DNA from: a virus | Lineage: Duplodnaviria; Heunggongvirae; Uroviricota; Caudoviricetes | Direction: 5' to 3' (one strand) | Virus record (IMG/VR): IMGVR_UViG_2778261454_000010 | Span: 1 to 16,094 of that record | DNA: 16,094 nucleotides | In this document: positions 14,806 through 16,094 of the stretch, in pieces | Position numbering within the stretch: position 1 is the first letter of the stretch | Layout of the letters: every line of letters starts with the position of its first letter | Program-made: the position numbers and the translations under genes | The notes under the pieces: generated by a model | Seen by the model: the letters and a program-made list of their open reading frames with translations, nothing else | The model's database searches: none | Told to the model about the DNA's origin: nothing

Positions 14806-15443
14806 GCGGATTCCAGTCCTTTAATACAGCAGGCGCGAAGGTGGTCGACTCTGTCTTTTACGGTACTTATTATCGTGATTCAAAAGTTTACTCGACCATT
14901 TCCGATACTGGCTATTTCGAAATTTCAACGCCACTTGGAAACGGTACGGATATGGGATTTGCAATAAACCCTTTTCCTTACAATAACGATTTGCAGTGGT
15001 TCAAGTTCAATAACAATGCGAAGGTTATCTTCGGTTACCCTTACATGACGGCTAATGCGGGAACAATGGCTCGTACTGGCTATGATGTCACAACCACAAG
15101 TGGCTATGTCGATGTGTTCAACGCCCAGGGAAAGCTTGTCTGGTCAGCCGTGACAGCTGCAAAAGTACCGCGCGTGACAGGCTTCTTTGAAATACCTGCA
15201 AATTATGATTTAGATAACACAGCCTATTCACAGAGCATTGGAACAAACAGCTGGTTACTGGCCAGCGATTGTCCGGGGAATCTCAATACTGACGGTACTG
15301 TTTCAGGGTATTCAGGTTTGTTTTTTAAATTCTCGGGAGGAATGTTGCAGGCTGTCTGGATAAATCGAAATCAGGTGTCGTGGGCAAATACCTTAAAGCC
15401 ATACGGACTGAAAATCCCATTCGCTATTCTGCCGAATCTATAA
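14802..15443 (+). CDS. Hypothetical protein (213 aa), Tyr/Asn/Gly/Thr-rich, beta-rich, no signal peptide
   Basis: Translationally coupled to the upstream gene. Sampled lines are about 32-40% G+C. Followed by a strong terminator. No assignable motif. Confidence 0.55.
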   Translation: MSGFQSFNTAGAKVVDSVFYGTYYRDSKVYSTISDTGYFEISTPLGNGTDMGFAINPFPYNNDLQWFKFNNNAKVIFGYPYMTANAGTMARTGYDVTTTSGYVDVFNAQGKLVWSAVTAAKVPRVTGFFEIPANYDLDNTAYSQSIGTNSWLLASDCPGNLNTDGTVSGYSGLFFKFSGGMLQAVWINRNQVSWANTLKPYGLKIPFAILPNL

Positions 15444-15476
15444 CGATATAGTCGGTTCAAACATTTATTAAACTTC

Positions 15477-15500
15477 AAACCCGCTCCGGCGGGTTTTTTT
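15477..15500 (+). terminator. Rho-independent terminator
   Basis: Perfect 8-bp stem AAACCCGC / GCGGGTTT with loop TCCG, followed by a run of seven T. Confidence 0.75.
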
Positions 15501-15515
15501 ATGTCTGGAGTAAAT

Positions 15516-16094
15516 ATGATTTATAACACCGGAACCATCAGCATCAACGGTAATACCGCAACAGGCACCGGAACGAACTGGACAGCGGCGGCGAGCCAGA
15601 TTCGCGTTAGCCAGACGATTATTGTCATGTCTAACCCAGTTCAGATGTTCCAGATTTCATCCGTGAATAGCGCCACGTCAATGACGGTAACACCTGCTGC
15701 ATCACCGTCGCTGAGCGGCCAGAAGTACGGCATTCTGGTATCAGACAATATCTCGGTTGATGGGCTGGTGCAGGCCATGTCTCAGCTCATTAATGAGTAC
15801 GACGAGAATATCGGAGCATGGGAGACGTTCGCCAGCACCTCAGCGAACCAGCTGGTCACTGTGACAATCAACGGCACCAGCCTCAGCATTCCGGCCATCG
15901 GCGGCCTCGCCCGGAAAGGGGCAAACAGCGATATCACAGAGCTGAAAGGGTTAACTACAGCACTGAGTATTGCCCAGGGGGGAACCGGCGCAAAGACAGC
16001 CGCAGACGCTCGCACAAACCTCGGTTTAGGAAGTAGCTCAACTCTTGACTATGTTTCAACACTTTATGAAACGGGTAATTCTCAAAAAGCTTTA
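15516..16094 (+). CDS. Tail fibre protein, N-terminal part (runs off the window)
   Basis: ATG at 15516 with GGAG five nt upstream; the frame is open to the window end (193 codons). Contains the tail-fibre-type motif ..LSIAQGGTGAKTAADARTNLGLGS... This ORF is not in the supplied track because it has no stop inside the window. Confidence 0.65.
   Translation, partial: MIYNTGTISINGNTATGTGTNWTAAASQIRVSQTIIVMSNPVQMFQISSVNSATSMTVTPAASPSLSGQKYGILVSDNISVDGLVQAMSQLINEYDENIGAWETFASTSANQLVTVTINGTSLSIPAIGGLARKGANSDITELKGLTTALSIAQGGTGAKTAADARTNLGLGSSSTLDYVSTLYETGNSQKAL

Noticed and set aside
4978-15500. The three strong terminators (4978-5000, 12926-12949, 15477-15500) as copies of a mobile or repeated element
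   Set aside because: They share only the generic GC-stem plus T-tract architecture (stems AAACCGCC, AACCGGC, AAACCCGC) with different loops and flanks, which fits independent intrinsic terminators rather than a repeat family.
1-16094. Search for CRISPR arrays, tRNA or rRNA genes and long tandem repeats
   Set aside because: No regularly spaced direct repeats, no cloverleaf-like conserved tRNA features and no rRNA-like segments were noticed by eye; coding density is high throughout.

Overview
This window is a defective lambdoid prophage with an HK97-type packaging and head module, probably in an enterobacterial genome (inferred from codon usage and gene families). All calls come from reading the translations and gene order by eye; no database search was possible. 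Layout, left to right: (1) the 3' catalytic part of a lambda-type integrase gene, N-terminally truncated; (2) minus-strand accessory genes: an HNH/AP2 nuclease, a 69-aa protein, a C5 DNA methyltransferase and a 5'-truncated ORF; (3) an abrupt junction at about 3060-3075 into the 3' remnant of a GH19-type endolysin, followed by overlapped Rz/Rz1-like spanins, so the immunity, replication, Q and holin regions are absent; (4) an AT-rich cargo island with a 195-aa orphan gene and a two-gene cassette (one product strongly acidic) ending in an intrinsic terminator; (5) HNH endonuclease, TerS, TerL, portal, prohead protease, HK97-fold major capsid protein, head-tail connector and closure, tail completion, major tail protein, and a G/G-T chaperone with a canonical GGGAAAG slip site; (6) a second junction with no tape-measure or distal tail genes, only a short tail-protein fragment; (7) a second AT-rich two-gene module, a terminator, and the 5' part of a tail-fibre gene running off the window. 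No rRNA, tRNA or CRISPR array was seen. The best candidates for undescribed biology are the two AT-rich cargo modules and the translationally coupled methyltransferase / small protein / HNH-AP2 nuclease cluster.
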